Made by a program: the position numbers and the translations under genes
Assembly (NCBI GenBank): GCA_964016885.1
Contig: OZ024742.1
Coordinates: 9,362,001 to 9,426,000 of the forward strand
Length of the DNA: 64,000 nt
Direction of reading: 5' to 3'
Origin: Eledone cirrhosa
Lineage: Eukaryota
Shown: positions 37,055 through 48,649 of the stretch, one piece after another
Numbering within the stretch: position 1 is the first letter of the stretch
Layout of the letters: every line of letters starts with the position of its first letter
The notes under the pieces: generated by a model
What the model saw: only the letters and a program-made list of their open reading frames with translations
The model's database searches: none
Told to the model about the DNA's origin: nothing

Positions 37055-40000
37055 ATGGACATATTAAGAGTAGGAAGTTTAAATGTTCGCGGCCTGGGGT
37101 CACCCTGGAAGCAGGGTCGCCTGCTCAACGACCTCCGGTCGCTGGAAATGGATGTGATTGCCGTAAGCGAGACCAGAATTTCCGACACGCGCGCACTAGC
37201 CCCCATTTTCGACGACTATCAGATCTTCGCATCTGTTAGCAGGCCGGGAATGGGGGTGGGGTGGCAATACTGTTTAGGAAAGGACTGGATCTCGAGGTAA
37301 GGTCGATCTTCCAGGACCCGGACGGTAAGTTGGTGGTCTTGGATGTGAGCAGTAGCAAAGGTGGTGCCTTTAGACTGCTGGCCGTCTACGCCCCTACAGG
37401 GGCTGGACAACCTGACTTCTTTAGGCGCCAGGAGACCTTTCTGGGTACGTCTCGCCCTTTATTGTTAGCGGGGGACTGGAATGGCATCTTAGATGCACGC
37501 TGGGATTGTGTGGGAGTAGCCGATAGGAGCGGGGGGTGCAAAAGCCTCAAGCACCTACTCAGCCAGTTCCAACTGTCTGACAGGTATCGACTAGATTTCC
37601 CCAATGTGCCAGTATGGACATGGACCAACCGAATGGGGTCATCTAGATCGTATATAGACAGAATCTTCATTAGGAAAATAGATAGAAATAATGTGGGCTG
37701 TCCACTTTTTAAAACGGTCGCCTATTCAGATCACAAATTTGTGATCTTTACGGTCGACCTAAATAAAACGCGTAGGTTAGGACCGGGTTACTGGAAGCTG
37801 AACATGTCATTTCCGGCACGTAAGGCTTACAGGGACCGAGTCAACAAGTTAGTTAAGCAAAAGTTGACAGGGGGGATCATCAACAACAGATGGTGGGGGG
37901 CTCTCAAAAGAGAGATTAGAGTAACTTCCATAGAGTTCAGCAAAGAACTAGCGGTAGGGGGCTGGTAGATAAGTTAGACGAGGCTATTTGTAGTGGCATC
38001 GCAACTGACGTGCTTGCGGCGAGAATGGCATTAGACCATTTCTTCAATGCCAAACACGAAGGTTGCATTGTCAGAGCTAAGGCTCGTGGGCTGAGAAACG
38101 AGGGACCTAAAGCTGTTCGATGGGCCCGCGTGGCGGAGGCGCAGCGTGGTAATAAAACCACAATTCGGTCTTTGGCGGACTGAGACGGACACGAGATAAG
38201 CGATTCCAAGCGGATGTGTGAGGCCTTTCGCCAGCACTTTGCTCGGTTGTTCAGGGAGAGTGGCGAGTCAGAGAGAGTAGCGGATTTCAGTCCCTACCTT
38301 GACGGCTTGGTGCGCATCTCGACGATCGACGCTGAGCGCTGCGAAAGGCCGATTACTTCAGCCGAAATTCAGGACGCCCTTATCGGCTGCATGAGACGCA
38401 AGTCACCCGGTTTGGATGGCCTGCCCTATGAGCTTTACGTAAATATGCCAGACTTGTTCTCCGAACTCCTCGAAGCACTCTACTGTAACTGGCAGCAGAA
38501 TGGGAGTATTCCCAGTTCTGTGAGCAGGGGAGTGGTGACGCTGATAAGGAAAGACGAGAACAAGAGGGATACATTAGACAACTTCAGGCCCATAACTCTG
38601 CTCAACACAGAGTTTAAAATTTTGGCCAAGGAGTTAGCAAAGAGATTGGCGCTTGTCATCGAGGATTTGGTTGGGGAGGCGTAAACATTCGCAATCCCAG
38701 CCAGGTCCATACACGACAATCTCCACCTCATGCGATACATCATAGAGAGGGTAGGGTGCAATCCTGGCTTCGGTGGGGCACTGATCAATTTAGATCAATC
38801 GAAAGCATTCGATAGGGTCGACCATCGGTATCTGGAGTTTGTCCTCAAAGCAGCTGGCTTCGGCCCTGTCTTTAGAAGCTGGATCGTTGCAATGCACAGC
38901 GGCACACGCTCGGTGGTCAAGGTTAATGGCCACCTCTCGGAAGCATTTCGGCTCTCCCGATCTGTCCGTCAAAGGTGCCCTCTCTCTTCCCTTCTGTACG
39001 TATTGACTCTCGAGCCTTTACTGCGGAAGCTGGAGCTGTTGCAGGGTATCCCGCTCGAACCGGGACGTGGAAAGGCGGTGTCGGCTTATGCGGACGACAT
39101 CACCGTGATTGTGTCGAACACCTCAGAAATCGAGGTGGTCGGCACCTTATTGAAGGAATATGAAAGGTTGACAGGAGCCAAACTTAACCCGGAAAAGTCG
39201 GTGGGCTTGCAGCTCGGAACCTGGAGAGGCAAGCCCATGCCGTCCAAGAGCGTCGTGGGACGCTGGACGGACGGACCAGTAGAGTTGCTTGGAGTTTGGT
39301 TCGGACCAGACCTCCAGGTGGAAAAGAATTGGGACGAGGTAACGAGCAGAGTAGCCAGTCTCACCCAAAAATGGGTTGGGAGGAAGCTATCACTGAAAGG
39401 TCGCGCGGAGGTGGCGAATGCGTACATCGCGTCCGTCATCTACTACCCGCTAACCGTCGTGCCTTGCCCCCATCCGCGCCTCGTCAAGTTGGAACGGCTC
39501 CTCTTCAAATTCTTGTGGAGAGGACAAGTTCCGTTGTTGAGGCGGTCCATCTGCTGCCAGCACCCTCTACGCGGAGGGCTGGGCATGCCGTGGCTAATGA
39601 TGCGCAGACATGCGTTGAGGCTGCGACATCTCCAGATATTCTGCCTCAATCGTGAACAGGTGTGGTCGCCGTTTATCAGACGGGCCTTTCCGCACCTCAT
39701 TTCTTTGACTGAGCTGCAGTCCTGGGTCAAGAAGAGACCGAGACTGGGTGACTGGCACCTGGACTGTTGCCAGGCACTCACTGCCCTCTACCAAGCGGGC
39801 AATGCGATCAGTGGAAATTCCACACTCGAGTTCTATAGAGGATTAGTGGTGGGCAAGTGCGATGACGCACTCGGAGAAGCTTTGGGCCTCGACGAAGTCG
39901 AACTGACCAGTCTGTACCGGAGGACCTTTGAGCCGGGGACGATGGACAATTTCCAGAAATCCCTCGCTTGGCAGTGCTACCGGGGGGCACTGCCGGTTCG

Positions 40001-40457
40001 GGATAAACTCTCCAGGCACGGAAGTGCTGTCAGACGGACCTGCCCAAGATGCGCACAGAAAGACGAAACCGTTCTGCACGCAATTGTCCAATGTCCGTGC
40101 ATTACTGACTTGTGGATTTATGTCGAACAGCTACTGTCGCGTGTGGAACGAATCCGGCTATCAGCCGAGTCCATAGTGAAGATCGAGCCGCCACCTTCCT
40201 TAGGTCAGGAAGAGCAGGATATTTTCCTCTGTCTGGTGGCAGTTGCGAAAGAGATTATATGGTGTACCAGGTTGAAATGACTAAAGACAGACACTTTTCT
40301 CCTCGGCCAATCCCTCATCAACTTCTTCAAGTTTCACCTGGAAAGGAGGGTGAGGGTGGAGAGAGAAGTGCTTCCCCCCAGTACATTTGCTAAAAGGTGG
40401 GTGAATGTGGCGAGAATGGGTCGTGTGAATGGGCCTACTCTGACCATGCGCCTATAG
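37055..40457 (+). pseudogene. Copy C ORF2 (APE-RT-CCHC), disrupted
   Basis: SLNVRGL, GDWN, YSDH, KSPGLDGL, LDQSKAFDRVDH, AYADD, CPRC..H..C; longest intact piece is 38730-40280. Confidence 0.9.
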
Positions 40458-40630
40458 GCTGGCTAACTTGAGGAGAGGGGTGCTGTCCTGGGTGCCCTAG
40501 AAGCGCAGGGTGGTTCAGGATTGGTGGGGTACCCCAATCACCCCAGGTGCCTGTTATTTGGCCCTTCGGGGTTAAATAACTGCTTATTGGGATTTTGTAC
40601 CCAATATTTATTTTAAACAAAAAAAAGAAC

Positions 40631-42737
40631 ATGGCTACGAAAAAGAAATTTCATAGGTCACTCCCACTCATTCCGTCTTCTTCTTTCTCAATCATCACTA
40701 CAGCAGAGAGAAGATTGTCTCTCTCCCTCCCTTCTTTAAATGTGTCTCTCTCCCTCCCTTCTCTTTCCCAAGCGACGAAAGAAAAGAAAAGTCTCGTGCA
40801 AAGCGTGCAAGGTTTCTCCACGACGACGACGACAGCGACGAAACAGGTGTGCGGGAAATACGAAAACCCAGTTCATTCGTCTGACGTCAGGAATAATAGC
40901 AGTAGCAGCCGTAATAACAACAGCAACAGTGACAATGAAAACAACAGTAGCAGCCGCAACAGCATCACCAGCAGCATAAACAACAACAGCATTAGCAGCA
41001 GCAAAACCAACAACAACCACAGCAACAGCGGCGGAGGCAGTAGTCGTAGTACCTGCAGCAACAACAAAAGTACCAGCATCTCTGACGACAACAACAACAA
41101 CAGCAGCAAAGAAAAACCAATCTCATTTGCAGGTATTGCGAAAAACTTGGAAACAATCTTCATAACAAATGAGGAATTAGAGGAAGCGAAGAAGATGGTG
41201 ACAAAGAATGGACACCGAGCAATCTGCAAGGCAGCGGAAACATTTTTCGAAACCCAACAGCACTGTACGGTCACGTACCGTACAGTAAGTACAAAATCCC
41301 GTAGGGTGGAAAGAGCCACAGAGGCTCAGAAACAAAAAGCCTTGGGGTCTGTGTGGCAGCGGAAAACGCACATCACCCGAGGCAAAAAATATGCCACCGT
41401 AGACGTACTTTTTGCCACACCCCAGGAGGCAAAGGCCCAATCCGTAGTGACCCTAAGGAGGGAGGAAATGGTGTTGGTGCCCTCCTACTGCGGGCAAAAA
41501 ATTGTGAGGGTCAAACTGACCCACGTCCCCCCCCCCCCCGGAATGGCCCCTTCTTAGCTGGCCGCGTCTGTCCTCGTCGGAATCGAGGACAAAACAACTG
41601 TACTGCAAGTACAGAAAAAAGTAAGAGAAGATTGGGTCGGCACCTCCATTGAGATGCTAATCCAAACCAACCAGGAGTGCATCGAAGCTATCCCGGATGT
41701 GATAGACTTCGATAACGGCACTCAACTGCCCATATGTGTTGAGGGAAAACGCCCGAAATGCTTTCGCTGTGCATCGAAGACTCACCTCAGGGCCTTCTGC
41801 AACGAGAAGACCCTGAGAAAGGAGAAAACCCCCCTCCTTCCAAAACCGGCTCCACGGCTACCAGCAACAGGACAAGCGGCAAACAGGAACGATAGGTCCG
41901 TGGCACCCATATCCACGCCACGGAAATCAAAAACAGCAGCAGCAGTGGAAATATTAACAACAACAACAGCAATACCAAATGCAGCTGCAACAGAGACTCC
42001 AGTGCAAACATCACCAACAACAACAAGTGAAAGAGTGGAGCTGGTACCCCTCCCTGACCTCACAGAATCAGACATGGAGTGTGAGGTGGGAGAGGGATGG
42101 CAAAAGGTCGTAAGAAGGCACAAACGCAGAAACAGCGCATCGTCGCCTTTGAAAAGGGAGGAAAGAAATGAGAAAAGGGTAAAGTCTACTGCAAAGAGAC
42201 CCACAGCAGCAACACCACCAACACCATCACCGCCCACACCAGCACCACCATCACCACCGGCGACAACCCTACCACCAACAACACCTTAAACACCACCACC
42301 ACAAGCACCAACATCGCAAACACAACAACAAAACACACACACCCAGTAACAACGACAAGAAAATAGCAGAACCACACCCCACCCCCAGAAAAACAAATGC
42401 AAGGCAATAAATACACACAACAAGAAACTAATTACTTACATAATTGAACACAGACATTTCACAACACGACTACATAATACCAGCACCAATCAAAACGCCA
42501 ACTAACATAAGACTGCTAAAAATAGCACAGAAACAATACACAAACATTAAAACGAAATTCCCCAACGCAGTTGGTGATTTCAGGGACCTAGGAGGAACTA
42601 TCAATCGAAAAGTATATTCAGACATTCTCTTAGAAGAGCCGACGACCAGCCGAAGGGACGATTCAACGGTCCCTTCACCAGACGATCAAGTGAAAAGAGA
42701 TGTAAAAACCATCCCTCCTCTATCAAAAGTACGGTAA
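40631..42737 (+). pseudogene. Copy D ORF1, gag-like with CCHC knuckle, interrupted by stops/frameshift
   Basis: Ser/Asn-rich N-terminus, SFAGIA, RKTHITRGKKYATVDVLFA (nearly identical in B), RPKCFRCASKTHLRAFC. Confidence 0.85.
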
Positions 42738-42772
42738 GTGGTCTTTCCCATCTTTTCCACTCTATTTTAAAC

Positions 42773-45700
42773 ATGACCTCACTCAGAATAGGCAGCGTAA
42801 ATGCGCGTGGCTTGGGGTCGTCATGGAAGCAGGGTCACCTGCTCAACGACCTCAGGTCACTAAACATAGATGTAGTGGCCATCAGCGAGACCAGAATCTC
42901 CGAAGCACGGGCCTTCGCACCGATCTTCGGCGTCTACGATGTGTACGCATCTCCCAGCCGTCCTGGATCGGGAGGAGGAGTTGCTGTGCTTTTTCGGAGA
43001 GGTTTGGATCTCGCCATACGGGCCATCTTCCTGGACCCAGAGGGTAAGCTGGTGGTGCTGGACGTGACCAGCGGAGACGGGCAAGCTTTCAGGCTAGTGG
43101 CCGTCTATGCCCCGACAGGAGCAGGGCGGCCTGATTTCTTCCGGCGTCTGGAGACCTTTCTTGGAACGTCCCGCTCTTTAGTGTTAGTGGGCGACTGGAA
43201 CGGGATCTTAGATGCACGCTGGGACTGTGTGGGATTACCGGATAGGGGTGGAGGGTGCAAGAGCCTCACCAACCTGCTCAGGCGTTTTGAAATGTCTGAC
43301 AGGTACCGATTGCATTTCCCGAATGTGCCAATGTGGACAAATCGTATAGGGTCATCCAGATCATATCTAGATAGAGTATTTTGTAGGGAAATAGATAGGT
43401 CTAGCATAGGCTGTCCACAATTCAAGATAGTCAGCTACACGGACCACAAATTCGTGATCTGTGTGCTTGACTTAGATAGGCTTCATAGACGAGGACCCGG
43501 CTACTGGAAGCTAAACGCGTCCTTACCAGCGCGCAAGGCCTACAGAGACCGGATTAGAGAACTAGTTAAGCGGGCGTTGACGGGGGCCATCGTCAACAAC
43601 AAGTGGTGGTTTGCTCTGAAAAGAGCGATTAGAATAGAATCGATTACGTAAGGCTTTAGCAATAGAGAAAAATAGAGCAGAGGGAGAACTAGTTAGAAAA
43701 TTAGACGAGGCGCTTAGCAAAGGCATTGCGACCGACGTGCTTGCGGCGAAATTGGCCCTTGACCAATTCTTCAATGCAAAGCACGAAGGTACCAATAGGC
43801 CCGAGTGGCGGAGGCGCGTCGTGGCAACAAATCCACGATCCGGTCTTTGGTGGACCACGACGGGCGCATGCTACTCGATCCCGGGCAAATGTGTGAAGCT
43901 TTTCAGCGACACTTCGCTCAGCTGTTCGGGGGCAGCGGTGGGCCGGGTCGAGGGATGGACTTTAGTGTCTACCTCGACGGACTGCCGCGGCTCTCGCCCA
44001 CTGAGGCGAAGTGTTGCGAAAAGCCGATAACAGCCGCTAAATTACGGGAGGCAATGACTAGCTGCACAAGGGGTAAATCGCCTGGTTTGGATGGTCTGCC
44101 CTATGAACTTTACGTACAGATGCCAGACTTGTTCGGAGGCCTCTTGGCGGACGTCTACTGCAACTGGCAACAGAACGGGAGAATTCCCAGTTCTGTGAGC
44201 CGAGGAGCGGTGGAACTTCTGAGAAAGGATCCGAACAAGGGGGATAACATAGATAATTTCCAGCCCATAACTCTGCTAAACACAGAGTTCAAGATTTTGG
44301 CCAAGGTGCTAGCAAAGAGGTTGGCGCTTGTCGTTGGTGGTCTGGTGGGAGAGGCGCAGACATGCGCCATTCCCGACAGATCCATCCACGACAACCTCCA
44401 CCTCATGCGATACATCGTAGAGAGGGTAGCTAAGGAACCTGGCACGGGTGGGTCCTTGATCAATTTAGATCAGTCGAAAGCTTTCGATAGGGTCGACCAT
44501 CGTTACCTAGCGGCAGTCCTGAGGGCGGCTGGCTTTGGGCCCGTCTTCAGAGGCTGGATCGCTGCCATGCACAGCGACATCTGCTCTGTGGTGAGAGTGA
44601 ACGGTCACCTTTCGGAACCGTTCAACATCATGCGCTCGGTCCGCCAAGGATGTCCCCTCTCGTCCCTCTTGTATGTATTGACTCTCGAGCCATTACTGCA
44701 CAAACTGGAGACGTTGAGGGGAGTCCCGTGCGAACTAGGATGCGGAAGATCCGTGTCAGCATATGCGGACGATGTCACCGTAGTGGTGTCGAACGCCAAA
44801 CACATCGAGGCGATCGGCACTACACTAAGAGAATACGAAGCGGTGACAGGAGCAATGATCAACCAGGAAAAGTCAGTGGGCCTGCAGCTCGGCACCTGGA
44901 GAGGCAGGTCCATGCCGTCCAACAGCGTCGTCAGACACTGGACGGACGGACCGGTTAAATTGCTAGGGGTCTGGTTCGGTCCGGACCTCCAGACAGACAA
45001 AAACTGGGACGAGGTGACGAGCAGGGTGGCTTCTCTCACCCAGAAATGGGCGGAGAGAAAGCTATCCCTGAAAGGTCGAGTGGAGGTGGCTAACGCGTAC
45101 ATTGCGCCTGTCATCTGCTACCGCCTGACCGTCGTACCTTGTCCTAAGCCTCGCCTGACTGCGCTGGAGCGTTTGCTCTTTCGCTTTTTGTGGAAGGGAC
45201 GCGCTCCGATGGTCAGGCGGTCCATCTGTTGTCAACACCCGCTACATGGAGGGCTGGGCATGCCGTGGCTGATGATGCGCAGGCACGCGCTCAGGCTACG
45301 ACATCTCCACCTCTTCCTCGACGGTGATCAGGTGTGGTCGCCGTTTGCTAGACACGTATTTCCCCAGCTCGTTTCCTTGACGGAGCTGCAGTCCTGGGTC
45401 AAGCGAAGACCGAGAGGGAGCGCCTGTAGACTGGAATGTCTTCAGGCGCTCACAGCCCTCGACCAATCGGGCAATGTGATCGGTGGAAACTCCACCTCGG
45501 CGTTCTATAGAGGATTAGTGGAGGGGAAGAGCGACGACGTACTTGGGGAAACTCTAGGCTTCGACGAAAATCAACTAGCCAATCTCTTCGGAAGAACTTT
45601 CGGGCCAGGGCCTATGGACAACTTCCAGAAATCCCTGGACTGGCAGTGCTACCGAGGAGCCTTGCCAGTTCGGGATAAACTCTACAGGCATGGAGGTTCA

Positions 45701-46129
45701 GTCAGCCGGGCATGTCCGAGATGCGCGCAGGGCAACGAAACCGTCCTGCACGCACTCGTCCAGTGTCCGAAAATTGCTGACTTGTGGGTTTATGTAGAAC
45801 ACCTGCTGTCGCGTGTAGGACGGATCCGGCTATCATCTGAGTCCATCGTGAGGATTGCCCCGCCCTCCTCCTTTAGCCAGGAAGGGCAGGCAGTTTTTAT
45901 CTGTCTGGTGGCCATGGCGAAAGAGATAGTATGGTGGACACGTTTGAAAGGGCTGAAGACGAGCACTTACCTCTTCGGTGATGCTCTGATTGACTTTTTC
46001 AAATTTCATTTGAAAAGGAAAATCAGAGTAGAGAGGGAAGTGCTCTCTTCCCAGCATTTTGTTGAAAGATGGGTGAGAGAAGCAAGAATGGCTCGAGTGA
46101 ATGGGCCTACTCTGAGTATATATCTGTAA
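42773..46129 (+). pseudogene. Copy D ORF2 (APE 42773-43651; RT-CCHC 43805-46129), split by small deletions
   Basis: GSVNARGL, SET, GDWN, YLDRVF, TDH; KSPGLDGLPYE, QPITLLN, LDQSKAFDRVDH, VRQGCPLS, AYADD, CPRCAQGNETVLHALVQC. Confidence 0.92.
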
Positions 46130-46366
46130 ATTAAAGGTGGAAAACTGGGAGAGGGCACTTGCCTTGGTGGTCAGGGTCATTGTGGCTTTTTACTGGGCTT
46201 TCTCCACAAATGTCCCTCCGAAGTCTCCCCCTATTGGGGAATTTTTCATTGTTATTTTTTGTTACATCCTCTGTTTTTGTTTTTTACACGCAGAAATGCC
46301 CATTTGTATTGTCCTGCACTGTCCTTAATGTCTACTTCATGTAAACCCTTGTGGTTAATAAAGAAA

Positions 46367-46422
<56 letters not shown>

Positions 46423-47062
46423 GATTTGTAAAATTCAACAATGTTTTGTTTCTGATATTTAAAAGAAAAATAGTAAATATCGGGAAAAGACGTAGAAAAT
46501 GATAAGAAATGCTGTGAGATGTCTCTATGTTTACAAATCACCCTAATTCTATTTTCAGGACATTCCTTTGTCTATCCTTTCTCCTAATCTATCAGTGTCT
46601 TTACAGTAGTCACTGTATTTCACATCAGTTGTACTAATACAAATGATGGATGTATACTGCCCTAATATTTTACTTTCGACAGATAAATCGATCTAACTCC
46701 TTATTGTAGCGATTGTCTTCTGTACATTATTAAAGTAATTTTACTGTTGCAACGTCCGTTACTAGTAGCCTATTGCTACATTTTCTCTTGGAAAAAATCC
46801 TGTCTGCCTTTGTATACAATAAAGCTCAACTGTATTTTTGGATTTTCCGTTTTTAAAATAGGTAGAGGTTCTTATGGCTACGACGGAAGCTTTTGTACAA
46901 GGAGATGAAGTTGAGTGAAGAGTGGCTCTCATGCTCGCTATATAACATTATCCCCAAGTGAATTTTGCATCCACGCTGTGTCAGAATTTTATTTTATACA
47001 ATCATACAGAAACACGCCCGCACTCACACACGCACTCACACACGTACACAGGCATACACAGA

Positions 47063-47120
<58 letters not shown>

Positions 47121-47153
47121 AGTAAGTATATTTTAAAACAGCGAGCTGGTTTG

Positions 47154-47315
47154 AAATTAGAAATAGAATCCTTCGCCGTATATTTGACTAAAGAAATTTT
47201 AGCCTGATAGTAAGCCGATACTCATCTTTTTCCATTTCTTACAGGGTTCTAAACACCATAATCAGTCTCAAATTTCTTTAGTCAAAAACACGGCGAAAGA
47301 TTCTATTTCTAATTT
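47154..47315. repeat. Short foldback element with ~46-bp imperfect inverted arms
   Basis: aaattagaaatagaatccttcgccgtatatttgactaaagaaattt / aaatttctttagtcaaaaacacggcgaaagattctatttctaattt. Confidence 0.85.
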
Positions 47316-47349
<34 letters not shown>

Positions 47350-47392
47350 ATACGATATTAACAAATAGAAACTATATTTATAAAACCATATT

Positions 47393-47457
47393 TATTTCAT
47401 TATACATATTTCAAGGACACCAAAGCAAATTATGGTGCGCTTTCATCAGATAAAATA
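47393..47457 (-). ncRNA. Minimal hammerhead ribozyme motif
   Basis: Near-exact reverse complement of 47660-47724. Confidence 0.75.
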
Positions 47458-47659
47458 TAATATAGATCAGTTTTATAAACAAATATTGACATTCCCTTAA
47501 AGAATGCGACCATGTTGTTTGGAAGCTCCCGGATAGTGGGGTTACTAATTTTATTATTGGTCTATTATGCAAATTAGTGTCGGAGAGGTTTAAATCCAAG
47601 TACATTTAAATTAAGCCGTTGGGTATGTCAATATTTGTTTATAAAACTGATCTATATTA

Positions 47660-47724
47660 TATTTTATCTGATGAAAGCGCACCATAATTTTCTTTGGTGT
47701 CCTTGAAATATGTATAATGAAATA
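47660..47724 (+). ncRNA. Minimal hammerhead ribozyme motif
   Basis: tattttat-CTGATGA-aagcgcacca/tggtgtcctt-GAAA-tatgta-TA^-atgaaata. Confidence 0.78.
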
Positions 47725-47852
47725 AATATGGTTTATAAATATAGTTTCCATTTGTTAATATATTGTATTTTTATTCCAATAATTTGTTGAGTGCTTTATA
47801 TCAGTTATAAAAATATTTGCTTGTTGTATCCCAACAATTTAAATAGAACTTC

Positions 47853-47895
<43 letters not shown>

Positions 47896-48077
47896 AGGGA
47901 GTGTAACTTGGAGTTACTGTAGGTTCATCCGGGTGAGCACTCGACGAGCCGCAGATTACAGAGTCTGGCTAGATCAATACAGATCGAACCTTGAGCTGAT
48001 CAGTGGTGGAACGCGCGTCACCAACCAATAAACGTAATGAAGGAGTATCCAATCGTCCTTGTTATATTTTATTTTAC

Positions 48078-48144
<67 letters not shown>

Positions 48145-48458
48145 GTGTGCGTGTGTGTGTATATATATATATAAGAAGAAAATATTGTTTTGTACAGAAT
48201 AATATAAAAAAATTAAAAAGAGAGATTGAGAAGTTAAACACAGTTGAATATAGAGTAATTCATTATAAAATCAGTACAAAAGGCTATGTATCACTCCTTT
48301 GAAAGAATGTACCGAAAACACATGTATACAAAATCCTATTCTGCTAAAAATAACAATTATACAAGAAGCAAATTATTCATTAAAATAGACATCAAATACA
48401 ATTAATACTTAAATGTTGATTTACAAACGCTTCATTCCCTTCCTGATACACACACACA

Positions 48459-48503
<45 letters not shown>

Positions 48504-48649
48504 CCACACACACTCATATATATGTATATAAACAAAAAACAAAACAAAGATTACCAGATAACTTACTTTTCGTCACCTCATCTTACAGTCCATTTTGCAT
48601 TGTCCAACCTTTTATCTCTTTCAACGTTATATATTATACACAATGATTC

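Larger units (their letters stand above)
34869..40545 (+). mobile_element. L1/Tx1-like LINE copy C (distinct ORF1; no poly(A) signal or (ATT)n tail)
   Basis: Begins right after B's (ATT)n. ORF2 is very similar to A. The 3' UTR runs directly into copy D, so the right boundary is approximate. Confidence 0.85.
40546..46422 (+). mobile_element. L1/Tx1-like LINE copy D (best preserved)
   Basis: ORF1, ORF2, 3' UTR and aataaagaaatc(att)n at 46357-46422; the left boundary is approximate. Confidence 0.9.
47350..47857. mobile_element. Non-autonomous Penelope-type element with ~140-bp inverted repeats, each carrying a hammerhead, in (TA)n
   Basis: Inverted repeat ~47352-47492/47625-47762; same family as 9434 and 13870. 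Confidence 0.75.

Noticed and set aside
26784-45114. Antisense ORFs recurring at equivalent positions in the LINE copies (e.g. 26784, 32594, 38480, 44155)
   Set aside because: They are expected shadows of the homologous sense-strand ORF2, with no independent evidence of function.
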